The translations under genes were made by a program, and so were the position numbers. The notes under the pieces are model-generated. The model saw only the letters and a list, made by a program, of their open reading frames with translations. It was not told where the DNA came from and did not search any database. From positions 4,038 through 68,037 of IMG/VR virus record IMGVR_UViG_3300020463_000016: DNA of 64,000 nt. One strand, given 5' to 3'. This stretch comes from a virus. Positions 9,863 to 19,303 of this stretch are shown piece after piece (within the stretch, counting starts at the first letter, position 1; each line of letters starts with the position of its first letter).

Positions 9863-10134
9863 TTTCTCTTTTTTCTTTTGGTTGATTTTCTGCGTATCTG
9901 AGATGTCTTTCTACCCATGCCTACGCGCTTTTTCTCGGCTACTGCCCGTTTCTTTTCCGAGGGTGACATTTCACTCCAAGTCTTAACGGTTTTACCGGAT
10001 ACACGCCTTGAGGGCCTACACTTCTTAGTATTCTTATTTTTACGCGAACCGCATACATTACCTTTTTCGTCGGTCCACTTTTCTTTAAACCACCTTTTAA
10101 GTGCTAGCCCTTTCTTAGTTTTTCTTACTGCCAC
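9859..10134 (-). CDS. Small basic phage protein; likely GTG start at 10134
   Basis: LKRWFKEKW...CG...CRPSRRVS..T..T..E motif. Confidence 0.65.
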   Translation of the reverse strand: MAVRKTKKGLALKRWFKEKWTDEKGNVCGSRKNKNTKKCRPSRRVSGKTVKTWSEMSPSEKKRAVAEKKRVGMGRKTSQIRRKSTKRKKRK

Positions 10135-10276
10135 CTTTATGCACTTTTTGTATAGGAAAGCTTGCATATATAGAAGCCCCGGGGTGCTTTACAAACTTAC
10201 CTGAGTGCTTCATTAATTTATATTGTCTACCAGATTTCATCCAGTGGAATCCTGCAGGTGCTTTTACTCTTTTCAT
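10115..10276 (-). CDS. Small basic protein (53 aa); absent from the ORF track
   Basis: MKRVKAPAGFHWMKSGRQYKLMKH...; ATGA overlap with the upstream stop. Confidence 0.6.
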   Translation of the reverse strand: MKRVKAPAGFHWMKSGRQYKLMKHSGKFVKHPGASIYASFPIQKVHKGGSKKN

Positions 10277-10677
10277 CTTGGAGCACCGAACATATTAATA
10301 GCCCCACCTATTCTTGCACGTTTCAGTCTTCCTAACCTGCCTAAAAATCCGCCTCTCCTTCTATTTTGACCCATTTGTGCTGCTGCAGTTTCTTGCGCGG
10401 CTGCTGCTGCGCCTTGCACTTCTCCACCACCACCACCAATATTGTGTGCTTCTAGTGTACTAGCAGCTTCTTGTATCTTACTTATATCATCTTGAAAGTA
10501 CAAAGGTGTGCCTGAGTTTACTGCTGAATCAGCTTTTCCTTTTGGATCAATTTTTCTTTGAACGCCTTCTGGTAATGATTCGAACCCTTCATTAAAATCT
10601 AATGGCGTGCCGCAAGGCTTACTATTAGGACTCGTTCCTGGAGCGCCTAAACTTTGTGGTCCTATTCCGTTTTTCAT
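10273..10677 (-). CDS. Hypothetical low-complexity protein
   Basis: 134 aa; GTPLDF/GTPLYF repeats, Ala tract, basic tail. Confidence 0.55.
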   Translation of the reverse strand: MKNGIGPQSLGAPGTSPNSKPCGTPLDFNEGFESLPEGVQRKIDPKGKADSAVNSGTPLYFQDDISKIQEAASTLEAHNIGGGGGEVQGAAAAAQETAAAQMGQNRRRGGFLGRLGRLKRARIGGAINMFGAPR

Positions 10678-10693
10678 ATTTTCTTTTTTTATT

Positions 10694-11272
10694 TTAAGAG
10701 TATGCTGTTATTTTAATTACTGGAGGACTAACAAACTCTACTCCAGATCCGCCACCGCCAGCGTAATGATACACTCCATTCATATAATACCTATAATTTG
10801 AACTGCCATAGCCAGACATAAAAACTTTAAAAGCCCTAGCACTGGTCCACGAAGCAACCTGCCCGGTAGCAATACTATCTGTTCCGTCTATATTTATAAC
10901 TGCCTGAGGAGACACATTCATTTCATATGTGTATTGCTGCAGCTGAGTTCTTTTTGTTTGAGTTATTAAAGTATTATCTAAAGCTACGTAATAAGAGGGT
11001 GAAATATGAGTGTCATTGGGATAATACCTTAATTGCACCGCAGCTTCATAATAAACTTTAGTTGTACCCGCGGGTGGAGTATAAGATACAGCACACCCGG
11101 TGTTTTCTACAAATGAACTTGAAGTAACCGCAGTAATATTTGTTATATTAGGAGCAGTAAAATTACCCGCACTTGTAGTAACTGTTTTACCATCTGCGTA
11201 GTAAACGATCTGCTCTAGTATATTACCGAACGATGCATCTATTAAATTCTGCTTTACTTTAGTCCGGCTCAT
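10694..11272 (-). CDS. Putative tail/fibre-tip protein
   Basis: Beta-rich; C-terminus resembles 63791..64000 (IA.G...WTS...Y...G....PP). Confidence 0.55.
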   Translation of the reverse strand: MSRTKVKQNLIDASFGNILEQIVYYADGKTVTTSAGNFTAPNITNITAVTSSSFVENTGCAVSYTPPAGTTKVYYEAAVQLRYYPNDTHISPSYYVALDNTLITQTKRTQLQQYTYEMNVSPQAVINIDGTDSIATGQVASWTSARAFKVFMSGYGSSNYRYYMNGVYHYAGGGGSGVEFVSPPVIKITAYS

Positions 11273-11433
11273 TTTTTCTTACGTTTAGGTCCACCTCTTT
11301 TACGGCACTTAGCAATAGCACCCGAGGCATATGCCGATGGAAATACTCTATATCTAGACTTCACGCTGTGGTAGCAGGCGTCTTTTTTTGACCCCGTCTT
11401 CTTTTTTGCTTTGCTTCTTCTTTTTACCGGCAT
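11269..11433 (-). CDS. Small basic protein (54 aa); absent from the ORF track
   Basis: MPVKRRSKAKKKTGSKKDACYHSVKSRYRVFPSAYASGAIAKCRK... Confidence 0.65.
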   Translation of the reverse strand: MPVKRRSKAKKKTGSKKDACYHSVKSRYRVFPSAYASGAIAKCRKRGGPKRKKK

Positions 11434-11434
11434 A

Positions 11435-11674
11435 TCAGTTTATTTTTTTATTCGCTTCTAAGAATCCTCTTTCGTATTCTAGTTGTTTTTCTAGCTCAAG
11501 TATCCTGTCCTCAATTTCTGCTATTACAATTATCTTCTCATCTAGCCTGTCATGTACTAAATGAATCTCATCTTTAAGCGCAGTAAACTCTGCAAATATC
11601 CCACCGGCTGTAAATACAGCAACAATAAAGGATATTACGATAGATAAGTTGTTTTTAACAAATGTATCAGGCAT
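11435..11674 (-). CDS. Single-TM coiled-coil protein; first gene of the - arm
   Basis: Hydrophobic N-terminal helix followed by heptad repeats. Confidence 0.6.
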   Translation of the reverse strand: MPDTFVKNNLSIVISFIVAVFTAGGIFAEFTALKDEIHLVHDRLDEKIIVIAEIEDRILELEKQLEYERGFLEANKKIN

Positions 11675-11825
11675 ATTAATTAATTTTATTTCGTATATAG
11701 AAGTATTGTATTACACATATGTATATGATAATCAAGTATATAGGAAAGTCAATATAAAATATACCCCATATATGATAATAAACATATAGTTTTTCTACTA
11801 ATTTAGTAACAATTACATATATTCG

Positions 11826-11911
11826 TCACATATATGACAATGACATTCCATTTTATTACAATATATTGCAACATTGTCAATAATTTATAGTTATTATCAC
11901 ACATATGACAA
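11826..11911 (+). repeat. 15-bp direct repeat with one mismatch
   Basis: tcacatatatgacaa (11826-11840) and tcacacatatgacaa (11897-11911). Confidence 0.7.
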
Positions 11912-12155
11912 CAATTACTACATTTTATCACATTATATACATATATCTCTTGGATTATACATATATATAACAATAATATATATTAATATTTTATAGTATT
12001 TACTTTACATTATTATATATTCAATGTTTATTAATGTTTATTAATAATATAATGACAATACTTTATATTACTTAAGTTATATTTATATATATATATAATA
12101 TAGTGCAATATTTATAATTTGTGACATTTTAATAATATTTATATATATTTAATAA

Positions 12156-12193
12156 AAAGTACACAACAATATATATATAAAAGTGATAATATA
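12156..12193 (+). promoter_or_regulatory. Bipartite phage motif, copy 1 (putative promoter)
   Basis: AAAGTACACAACAA-N13-GTGATAATATA upstream of 12236. Confidence 0.7.
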
Positions 12194-12235
12194 AGTGTAA
12201 TTAAAATAATAATAATCTTAATAAAAAAATATAAA

Positions 12236-12463
12236 ATGTCAAATTTAAAAAATTTAAAAACTAATCACTATATTTCTAAAATATTAAAAGTTAAAAAATT
12301 AAAATTTAAAAATAATATTTACTTTGGATTTTTAATAAATGACTTAAATAATATAAAATTAAAAGATAAATTAGAAATAGAAAATGTTATAGAATTTAAT
12401 TCAAAAGGTTTAACATTTATAAATAAAAAATATATACAAAATTCTACTTTAAATAATTTTTAA
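12236..12463 (+). CDS. Early hypothetical protein
   Basis: First + arm ORF, A-rich leader. Confidence 0.55.
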   Translation: MSNLKNLKTNHYISKILKVKKLKFKNNIYFGFLINDLNNIKLKDKLEIENVIEFNSKGLTFINKKYIQNSTLNNF

Positions 12464-12474
12464 AATAATATAAA

Positions 12475-12512
12475 AAAGTACACTACAAAGTTTATAAAAA
12501 AGTGATAATATA
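12475..12512 (+). promoter_or_regulatory. Bipartite phage motif, copy 2
   Basis: AAAGTACACTACAA-N13-GTGATAATATA. Confidence 0.7.
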
Positions 12513-12530
12513 AATGTAAATAAAATAAAT

Positions 12531-12695
12531 ATGAAATATATAACTTATAAAATTAATAATGATTTCTTTGAATTAGATTATAATAATTATAAAGAAGAAG
12601 AAAAAGAAATGTTAAAATATATTAAAAATAATAATATAAAAGATTTTAAAAAATTAGAAAATAATAAAGATTATAAATATAATATATTTAAATAA
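12531..12695 (+). CDS. Early hypothetical protein (54 aa); absent from the ORF track
   Basis: MKYITYKINNDFFELDY...; starts 18 nt after motif copy 2. Confidence 0.5.
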   Translation: MKYITYKINNDFFELDYNNYKEEEKEMLKYIKNNNIKDFKKLENNKDYKYNIFK

Positions 12696-12816
12696 AAAAT
12701 AATAATATAAAGTAGAGGATTTGAATAAACAATTTTCTGTAACTACTATAAAAACTGTTGAATTAAATTAAATTAATTTTAAAATAAATAAAATAAAAAT
12801 AAAATAAAATAAAAAA

Positions 12817-13717
12817 ATGATACAAAATAATTTTTCAGTACAAATTTACGACGGAGAAAGTGATAATAAATTAGATATATTATATATAAATAATATTATA
12901 AATTTAGATGATAATGACAATGATTTTACTAGAAAATTTGAAGAAGAATTATTAGATGAAGAATTAAAATTTGAAGGATATAATATAAGTGAAATATATT
13001 ATTCAATACTATAATAAATAAAAATAAAAAATATGAAAAGATTCCATTGGAATGTAGAAACTTTAGATTTTTTTCAACTATTAAAAAATAGTGAAGGAAA
13101 TGAAAAAATGAAACAAAGTGTAGAAATGTTTGTTTATAATGAATGTGATTTAGAAAATAATGAAAGTTATGAAGATTTAATTAAAGATTTATTATATCAA
13201 ATTGAAAATACAACTTTAGAAGAAATAGAAAATTTAAAAAAATAAAATATGAATAATGAAATGTTAAAAAGAATTTATGATGAATTAATAATTTTACATG
13301 ATTTCTATAATGATTTAAATGATAAAGATGGATTAAGAAATGTAAGTTTCTTATTAGATGAATTAAATAAAAATATAAAAGAATAAAAATATGACACAAG
13401 AACAAATTGATAGAAATGAATTAATAAAATTTATTTTAAAATATGATCCAGAAAGAGATTTAGAATTTTTAAAAATCCAATCTCATATGGAATTAGAAGA
13501 TATAAAAGAAACAACAAGAGATATGTATCTAAAAATTAAACCAAAAGTAAAAAGTGTTGATGACTTTGATTTAGATACTTATATTGATTTCAATAAAATA
13601 GTTGATGATTTTGAATTAGATAGTGGTGATTTATCTCCAGAAGATTTTTATAAATTACATGAAATCTTTGAAACATTTATAACAACAAATAAAAATGAAA
13701 ATCAATTTAGAAGATAA
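12817..13717 (+). other. Run of small acidic early ORFs (12817-13014, 13033-13245, 13391-13717 and a short ORF between)
   Basis: Co-oriented short ORFs with AAAAT-rich leaders; no recognisable domains. Confidence 0.55.
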
Positions 13718-13883
13718 TAAATAATATATAAAAAATAAATAATATGATTATAATAAATAAAATAACAGGTAGAGATGTTTCCAAAGAGTATTTAGGATTA
13801 ATGCAAGGAATAATAACAAATGAAGAATTTGAAACAATTACATTAACTCCGGGAAAAATTGGAAGTTGTGAATTATTTAATTA

Positions 13884-13921
13884 AAAGTACACAACAAAAA
13901 AAATTAATAAGTGATAATATA
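13884..13921 (+). promoter_or_regulatory. Bipartite phage motif, copy 3
   Basis: AAAGTACACAACAA-N13-GTGATAATATA, 11 nt before ATG 13933. Confidence 0.7.
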
Positions 13922-13932
13922 ATAAAATAAAT

Positions 13933-15031
13933 ATGGTACAATTAACAAAACAAATGATTGATGATAAATTAAAGCAAATTGCTATACATGAAAACCGATT
14001 TGGTGAATGTACAATGACTCGAGCAATGAAAAAATATTGCACAAATGAAAAGTACAGACAAAATGTAAAAGATTTTAACAAAGCAAGTATTGAAACTATT
14101 AAAAATTATATAAGATATGTATAGAGATGATTTAGTATATGAGTTTAACGATGATATGTGGAGTTTATATCATGATGGTACAATTAATGATAGCGATGAT
14201 TTCACAAGAGAAACGCATCAGTGGTTAGAAAATAAAGTAATATACAGAGATGATTGTAAAAAATATTGTAATGAATTAGATGCAGATATATTTGAAGATC
14301 ATCATATATTTGGTCGTGCAAATAACTGGTTTGAAGCAGGTTACAACGCTGTTTGGGATTTGTTACATGATCATGATGATGCATTAAATTATAACGAAAT
14401 GAAAGCACAAGAATATGAAGCTGAAAATGCATAAAGTTTGGAGATTATACTTATTAGATAATAAAAGTATAACTGAAATAAGTAAAGAATTAAATATAAC
14501 AAAAAATAAATTAAAATTAAAATACGGATTAAAATGAGAAAATTAGAAATGACTATTAGAATTGTTGCATTAACTTTTATATTGCCCAGTATATTTATTA
14601 TTATGTACCACGGTGTATATCTAAATAAATTTACATTATATAATGTAGGAGGTGCAATATGAATTTAAAAAGAATTAAAGAATTAAGAAATATTACGCAT
14701 GATGCACAAACTAAAATGGATCTTATTAGCAAAAGAATTATGCAAGGTGGTTTATCACTCGATCAACAAATACTACACCTTGATAATTTTACTGCAAATC
14801 AAACCAGACATATGCTTAGTAATGAAGAACTAATTAAATTATTAAAAAATGAATAAACAAGAAGCAATACAAAATTTAGCTGATGAAATTGCACCGGTTA
14901 TTAGTGAACAAATCCAAGAAACAATTGCATGGCAAACAGATGGCCATGAATATACTGAACATTTATCAGGCGATAGATATATAGAATTTGTAAATGAATT
15001 AAGAAATAAAATAATACAAGATTTATTATGA
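13933..15031 (+). other. Run of small early ORFs (13933-14124, 14117-14434, 14659-14856, 14849-15031)
   Basis: Overlapping start/stop pairs; hypothetical proteins. Confidence 0.55.
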
Positions 15032-15069
15032 AAAGTACACAACAAAATAATTTAGCAAGTGATAATATA
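15032..15069 (+). promoter_or_regulatory. Bipartite phage motif, copy 4
   Basis: AAAGTACACAACAA-N13-GTGATAATATA. Confidence 0.7.
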
Positions 15070-15124
15070 AGTGAAGAAATTAATGAAATGTTTCTTGAAT
15101 TACAAATAAATAAAACAGATTATA

Positions 15125-15358
15125 ATGAATAAACAAAACACAAAACTAGAAAACTATCTAGAATTAAAACAAAAGTATGACAGAATGCAAAACTTAGTTG
15201 ATAGCTGGGCCTTTGATTACTCGATTGAAAAGCTAAAGCCTTTGCTTGATGATGGCTTTGAAGGTAATGATTTAATTGAATATTTTACTATTAGATTAAT
15301 TGATTACATTGAAAACAAATATGAACCAACAAAACCAACTGAAGATGGCGGGAAATAA
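15125..15358 (+). CDS. Hypothetical protein
   Basis: 77 aa ORF downstream of motif copy 4. Confidence 0.5.
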   Translation: MNKQNTKLENYLELKQKYDRMQNLVDSWAFDYSIEKLKPLLDDGFEGNDLIEYFTIRLIDYIENKYEPTKPTEDGGK

Positions 15359-15487
15359 ATTTAACACAGAATTTGCTATACACAGACCAGATCGTTACAG
15401 AATACAATTTCAAGATCAAGATGGTGTTGTGCAAAGTATGAACGGCACACCAATGCAAGTATTAAATTATATACTAAACCAACAATT

Positions 15488-15679
15488 ATGAAATATTGTA
15501 GATGTGGCGAAATAATGCCACAAGCAAGAATTGATCTTGGCTATAATAAATGTGTGCAATGCTCTGATACACAATTATATAGTTATGTACCAATCATTGC
15601 AAACAAACAAGTACTCGAAGTACAAATCGTTGATCAAGCTACAAGTGCGAATGTGCACAGAGCTTGGCGACGTAAATAG
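15488..15679 (+). CDS. C4 zinc-finger protein, DksA/TraR-like
   Basis: CRCGEIMPQARIDLGYNKCVQC resembles the DksA/TraR CxxCGExIPxxR...CxxC finger. Confidence 0.6.
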   Translation: MKYCRCGEIMPQARIDLGYNKCVQCSDTQLYSYVPIIANKQVLEVQIVDQATSANVHRAWRRK

Positions 15680-15758
15680 GGCGTGACGGGTAAGTGCAAA
15701 CAAAGTTCTAGAATTAGTACACTATTTGCAAACGGAGGTTCGACTCCTCCCACGTCCA
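15679..15758 (+). ncRNA. tRNA-like RNA resembling the tmRNA tRNA-like domain (Ala identity, no mRNA-like domain)
   Basis: Acceptor stem GGGCGUG/CACGUCC with G3:U70 and A73; T arm GGAGG-UUCGACU-CCUCC; no D stem; UGCAAA/UUUGCA helix. Confidence 0.7.
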
Positions 15759-15760
15759 CT

Positions 15761-15833
15761 AGCGCGGTAGAGCAGTGGCCAGCTCGCAGGGCTCATAACC
15801 CTGAGGTCGGAGGTTCGAATCCTTCCCGCGCAA
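15761..15833 (+). tRNA. tRNA-Met(CAU), initiator (fMet) type
   Basis: Cloverleaf; anticodon CAT at 15794-15796; GGG/CCC in anticodon stem; unpaired 1:72; CCA not encoded. Confidence 0.9.
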
Positions 15834-15846
15834 CTAAATTAAAATT

Positions 15847-16704
15847 ATGACTAAAGAACAAATTGACTTAAGAATTGAATCAAAGCTGATTGGCAAAATG
15901 GCTAATCACAGATTAATGGTACGTGATCTATTTAGAAAACGACATAGAGGTGCATTTCCAGAATTAAATTCTCACCAATGCATGTACCATGTAAACGAAT
16001 TACGTGCATGGCTTAGAATAGCACAACTTATTGATGAAGCTAAATATAGAATGCCAAGTTGTCCAGCTGAACCTTATGAAACTCATTATGCAAAACAATT
16101 AACTAAAAATAAATAAATATGACTGCAATTGAAAAATTACAACAAAAATTAGACATTGAAATTATGGATTTCAATTCAAATCATACACACTATGATTTAG
16201 AAATTAGTACACGTATGACGGCTGACGGCTACGATGTATACGTTATGACAAATAGCTCATTTGAAAATCAAATTGATTGGGAAAATGATGTTTACTATTA
16301 TCAACCATCATTTGATGACATTATGTCACGTATAATGGAATTAGACCCCGGTGATAAAGTGTATACAGATGATCTAGAAGAGTACTTCCCTGATTATGAA
16401 ATTGAACAATGGATTAATGATAACGAAGACGCTGATGACTAGTGAACAATTAGAAGAGCTTGCGCGACTTATTGCAACTAAAGTAATAAATGCATTGAGA
16501 GAACCATTACCAGATCCTACATTTCATACAGAAATTGATCAATTTGGTAATATAAAATACTTTGATCGCAAAGAAATAATTGAATTACAATTAAAACAAT
16601 TAAGTGAACAACGTGAAAAATTATTAAATGAAGAAAAATATGAATTATTAATTGAACTTGAAGAAATATATGACAAACTTAAAAAAGAATATGACAACCT
16701 TTAA
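15847..16704 (+). other. Three hypothetical ORFs (15847-16116, 16119-16442, ~16435-16704)
   Basis: Tightly packed + strand ORFs. Confidence 0.55.
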
Positions 16705-17527
16705 ACCTATGCTGGCACACCCAGTATCAAAACAAATTAATTGGAAAAATGAAACACACTTTATTCAACCAAAGCTTGATGGCGTGCGATGTGTTATTAC
16801 AAGATACGGAGCTTATAGCAGAAACAACAAGCAGTTCCACAATTGTAAGCATATACTCACTGAGCTTAAACCACTCTTTGCCGATAATCCTTATCTTATT
16901 CTTGACGGCGAGCTTTATAATCATAAGTTCAAAAACAATTTTAATAAAATAATTTCTCTTGTGCGTAAACAAAAACCTACACAACAAGATAAATTTGAAG
17001 CAGCAAGTTATCTGCAATTCCATTGCTACGATTTATTTTCTGGTCATCTAAAGTTTATTGATCGTACACTTGCTATTACAAATCTTAAAAGCAAATACGG
17101 CCTTAAGTTTACTCATAGTGTCAATACTAAAGTAGTATTTAATGATAAACAACTAAACAAATACCACAAACAAAACAAAGCGAACGGCTACGAAGGCTCA
17201 ATGCTTAGAACAAACAGCTTATATGAACAAAAACGAAGTTACACATTGCAAAAAATTAAAGACTGGTCGGACACCGAGATCACAATCACTAATTATATTG
17301 AAGGCAAAGGCAAATTCAAAAATGGCCTTGGCAAATTTATCGGTGTTGATTCAGACGATAGGCTAGTTGAAGTACCTTGGCCATCACTTACAATACTTGA
17401 TCGTCAAGGTATATGGCACAACAGAGCAGCCTATATTGGCAAACAACTAACCTTTGAGTATTTTGAGCGCACACCATCGGGTGCATATCGTTTTCCTCGA
17501 GCTAAAGCAATGCGCAGTTATGAGTAA
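16691..17527 (+). CDS. ATP-dependent DNA ligase; likely start MTTFKPMLA
   Basis: KPMLA, QPKLDGVR (KxDG), LDGELY, GYEGSMLR, KIK, RFP motifs. Confidence 0.9.
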   Translation: MTTFKPMLAHPVSKQINWKNETHFIQPKLDGVRCVITRYGAYSRNNKQFHNCKHILTELKPLFADNPYLILDGELYNHKFKNNFNKIISLVRKQKPTQQDKFEAASYLQFHCYDLFSGHLKFIDRTLAITNLKSKYGLKFTHSVNTKVVFNDKQLNKYHKQNKANGYEGSMLRTNSLYEQKRSYTLQKIKDWSDTEITITNYIEGKGKFKNGLGKFIGVDSDDRLVEVPWPSLTILDRQGIWHNRAAYIGKQLTFEYFERTPSGAYRFPRAKAMRSYE

Positions 17528-17765
17528 ACTTATTTGGGAATTATATAACACAAATCAAATTAGCGAAGAAGTCGCACATACATTATTAGATAAACTATAT
17601 GAATAAAGCAATTAGATTAACAAATGCGGACGGCAAAACAACAAAATTCAAACCATATCAAATAGGTAATTTACCTAAAAGCTTTGATAAAAATAAAGAT
17701 AAATATTTTAATAAAGCTGGTATTACTTATATTGAAGAAAAAGAGGCCCATTGGTCTAGCTTCTT

Positions 17766-17975
17766 ATGAAAATAAAAATTGGTAATAAAACTATTTTATG
17801 TACTAGAAAAAAAGATCATAAAGATTTTTTGTTTGAAAGAATTATGCAGTTAAGAAATGAAATTATTCAAGAAGTTTTATTATCTTCGCAGAGTGGTAGA
17901 ATACCTGTTAAAATTTTAAAGCATAAAGCAAATATGATTAGAAAGTATAGTAGAAGATTAAAAATATTAGCATGA
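17766..17975 (+). CDS. Hypothetical protein
   Basis: 69 aa basic ORF. Confidence 0.5.
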   Translation: MKIKIGNKTILCTRKKDHKDFLFERIMQLRNEIIQEVLLSSQSGRIPVKILKHKANMIRKYSRRLKILA

Positions 17976-18126
17976 GTAAACTTGGAAAACTTATTATTGA
18001 CTGCCCAAAGTATGGCCACGACGAGTATTTAATCAATACCGAAGTTGCTATACATGTACAAGAAGCAGACGTCACACGCATTTTAAAATACTTTTCTGAC
18101 GAGGCAATAATCGATTTTAAAAAAGT

Positions 18127-18303
18127 ATGCTAAAAAAAAATATAATTAAATGCAGCCAATGCAACCAAGAATTTCCTGGCGGGTTTGAATATAGACAACA
18201 CTGGGAAGAAAAACATTTTTACCCGTATTTAAAAAAAAATTCATTTAACTATGAACAAGCAAAAAAAGACTTTGATAAGCAAAATTTGGAGAATATGGGC
18301 TAA
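18127..18303 (+). CDS. Small C2H2 zinc-finger protein (58 aa); absent from the ORF track
   Basis: MLKKNIIKCSQCNQEFPGGFEYRQHWEEKHFY...: C-x2-C-x12-H-x4-H. Confidence 0.6.
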   Translation: MLKKNIIKCSQCNQEFPGGFEYRQHWEEKHFYPYLKKNSFNYEQAKKDFDKQNLENMG

Positions 18304-18427
18304 AGCATTAGGTGAAAAAGCCGCAGAAAATGCAGACACTGTAGCATTTGTGAGAACGTTATTAATAGCGCAGGCTGTTATAACAAATATATTAATATCA
18401 ATTAACATTTTAATTAACTGGTTATGA
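18251..18427 (+). CDS. Small membrane protein (58 aa); absent from the ORF track
   Basis: WRIWAKALGEKA...AD.VA.VRT followed by a hydrophobic helix. Confidence 0.55.
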   Translation: MNKQKKTLISKIWRIWAKALGEKAAENADTVAFVRTLLIAQAVITNILISINILINWL

Positions 18428-18518
18428 GCGCAATAAAACAATACAGACATTTGTTAAAAACAAATATTTTTAATGTCCGTGATAAAATTAAAGCAGAAAG
18501 AAAAATTAAAAAGAAAAG

Positions 18519-19295
18519 ATGAAAAACTTTAATAAGAAAATATTTTCATTAAATATATCTTCTTTACAAAAAGTTAATTCAACTATACCGCAAAAATATT
18601 TTAATTTAGCTATCAATATAGCCAACAGCTTTTCAAAAGAATACTCTTCAATTGGTGTTATGAATACTAATGATTTAATACAAGAAGCTTGTTTTGCTTT
18701 AGTTAAATCTTGGAAAAACATTAATTGGAAATATATAGATAGTATAGAAGATAAGTTAGATCGTAAAAAATCAGTAACTAACTTTTTGAAAAAAAGTATT
18801 AATGGTTTAGTTAAAGATGAAATTAAAAAGAATATGGACGGTACTAAAAAACCTATTAAAGGAATATGGGATAATAAAACTAAAACTCGCAGAACTGATG
18901 TGTTTGGCTTTTTATCTATATTGTTCCCAAATTGGTTTGACAACAACGTATTAACTTTAATAGAAGATGAAGTTTATGATTATGACTATGAGCAGCTAAG
19001 TAAATACTTAGAAACTTGGCTAGATAAGCATGAACCTAAATACAAAGAAATGATCTTAATGTTATATGGTATAGATGATGTTTATTCTAAACCTAAAACA
19101 ATTTCAGAAATAGCTATTAAGTTTATGATGAAACCAGAAGCAGTACGAAAACAAAAAGAAAGATTAATTAAGCGGATTAAAGCTAATGATCAAGCTCTCA
19201 GTGAGTTATCGTATTTCGTAGTGACGCACGGTATTAAATCGTCATCGCTGGTTTATGATTACGCAGCAAATAATTTAAAAATTTACGCAGATTAA
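18519..19295 (+). CDS. Sigma70-like transcription factor
   Basis: Region-2-like LAINIANSF...DLIQEACFALVKSW; region-4 HTH KTISEIAIKFMMKPEAVRKQKERLIKRIK. Confidence 0.75.
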   Translation: MKNFNKKIFSLNISSLQKVNSTIPQKYFNLAINIANSFSKEYSSIGVMNTNDLIQEACFALVKSWKNINWKYIDSIEDKLDRKKSVTNFLKKSINGLVKDEIKKNMDGTKKPIKGIWDNKTKTRRTDVFGFLSILFPNWFDNNVLTLIEDEVYDYDYEQLSKYLETWLDKHEPKYKEMILMLYGIDDVYSKPKTISEIAIKFMMKPEAVRKQKERLIKRIKANDQALSELSYFVVTHGIKSSSLVYDYAANNLKIYAD

Positions 19296-19303
19296 AGTCA
19301 CTT

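Larger units (their letters stand above)
11675..12235. other. Divergent AT-rich non-coding control region (candidate origin, terminus or promoters)
   Basis: No credible ORF; strand switch; repeated TGACA/TGTCA and CATATATGA-type words. Confidence 0.65.

Noticed and set aside
11893-11930. Reverse-strand copies of the bipartite motif (ATTATCAC)
   Set aside because: Only the GTGATAA half matches; the GTACAC half is absent at the required spacing.
15679-15758. Canonical tRNA-Ala or a permuted two-piece tmRNA
   Set aside because: No D stem or 7-nt anticodon loop; 5' and 3' acceptor strands are in normal order and no tag frame is linked.
15679-15833. tRNA region as an attP/prophage integration site
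   Set aside because: No integrase, repressor or host genes in the window.
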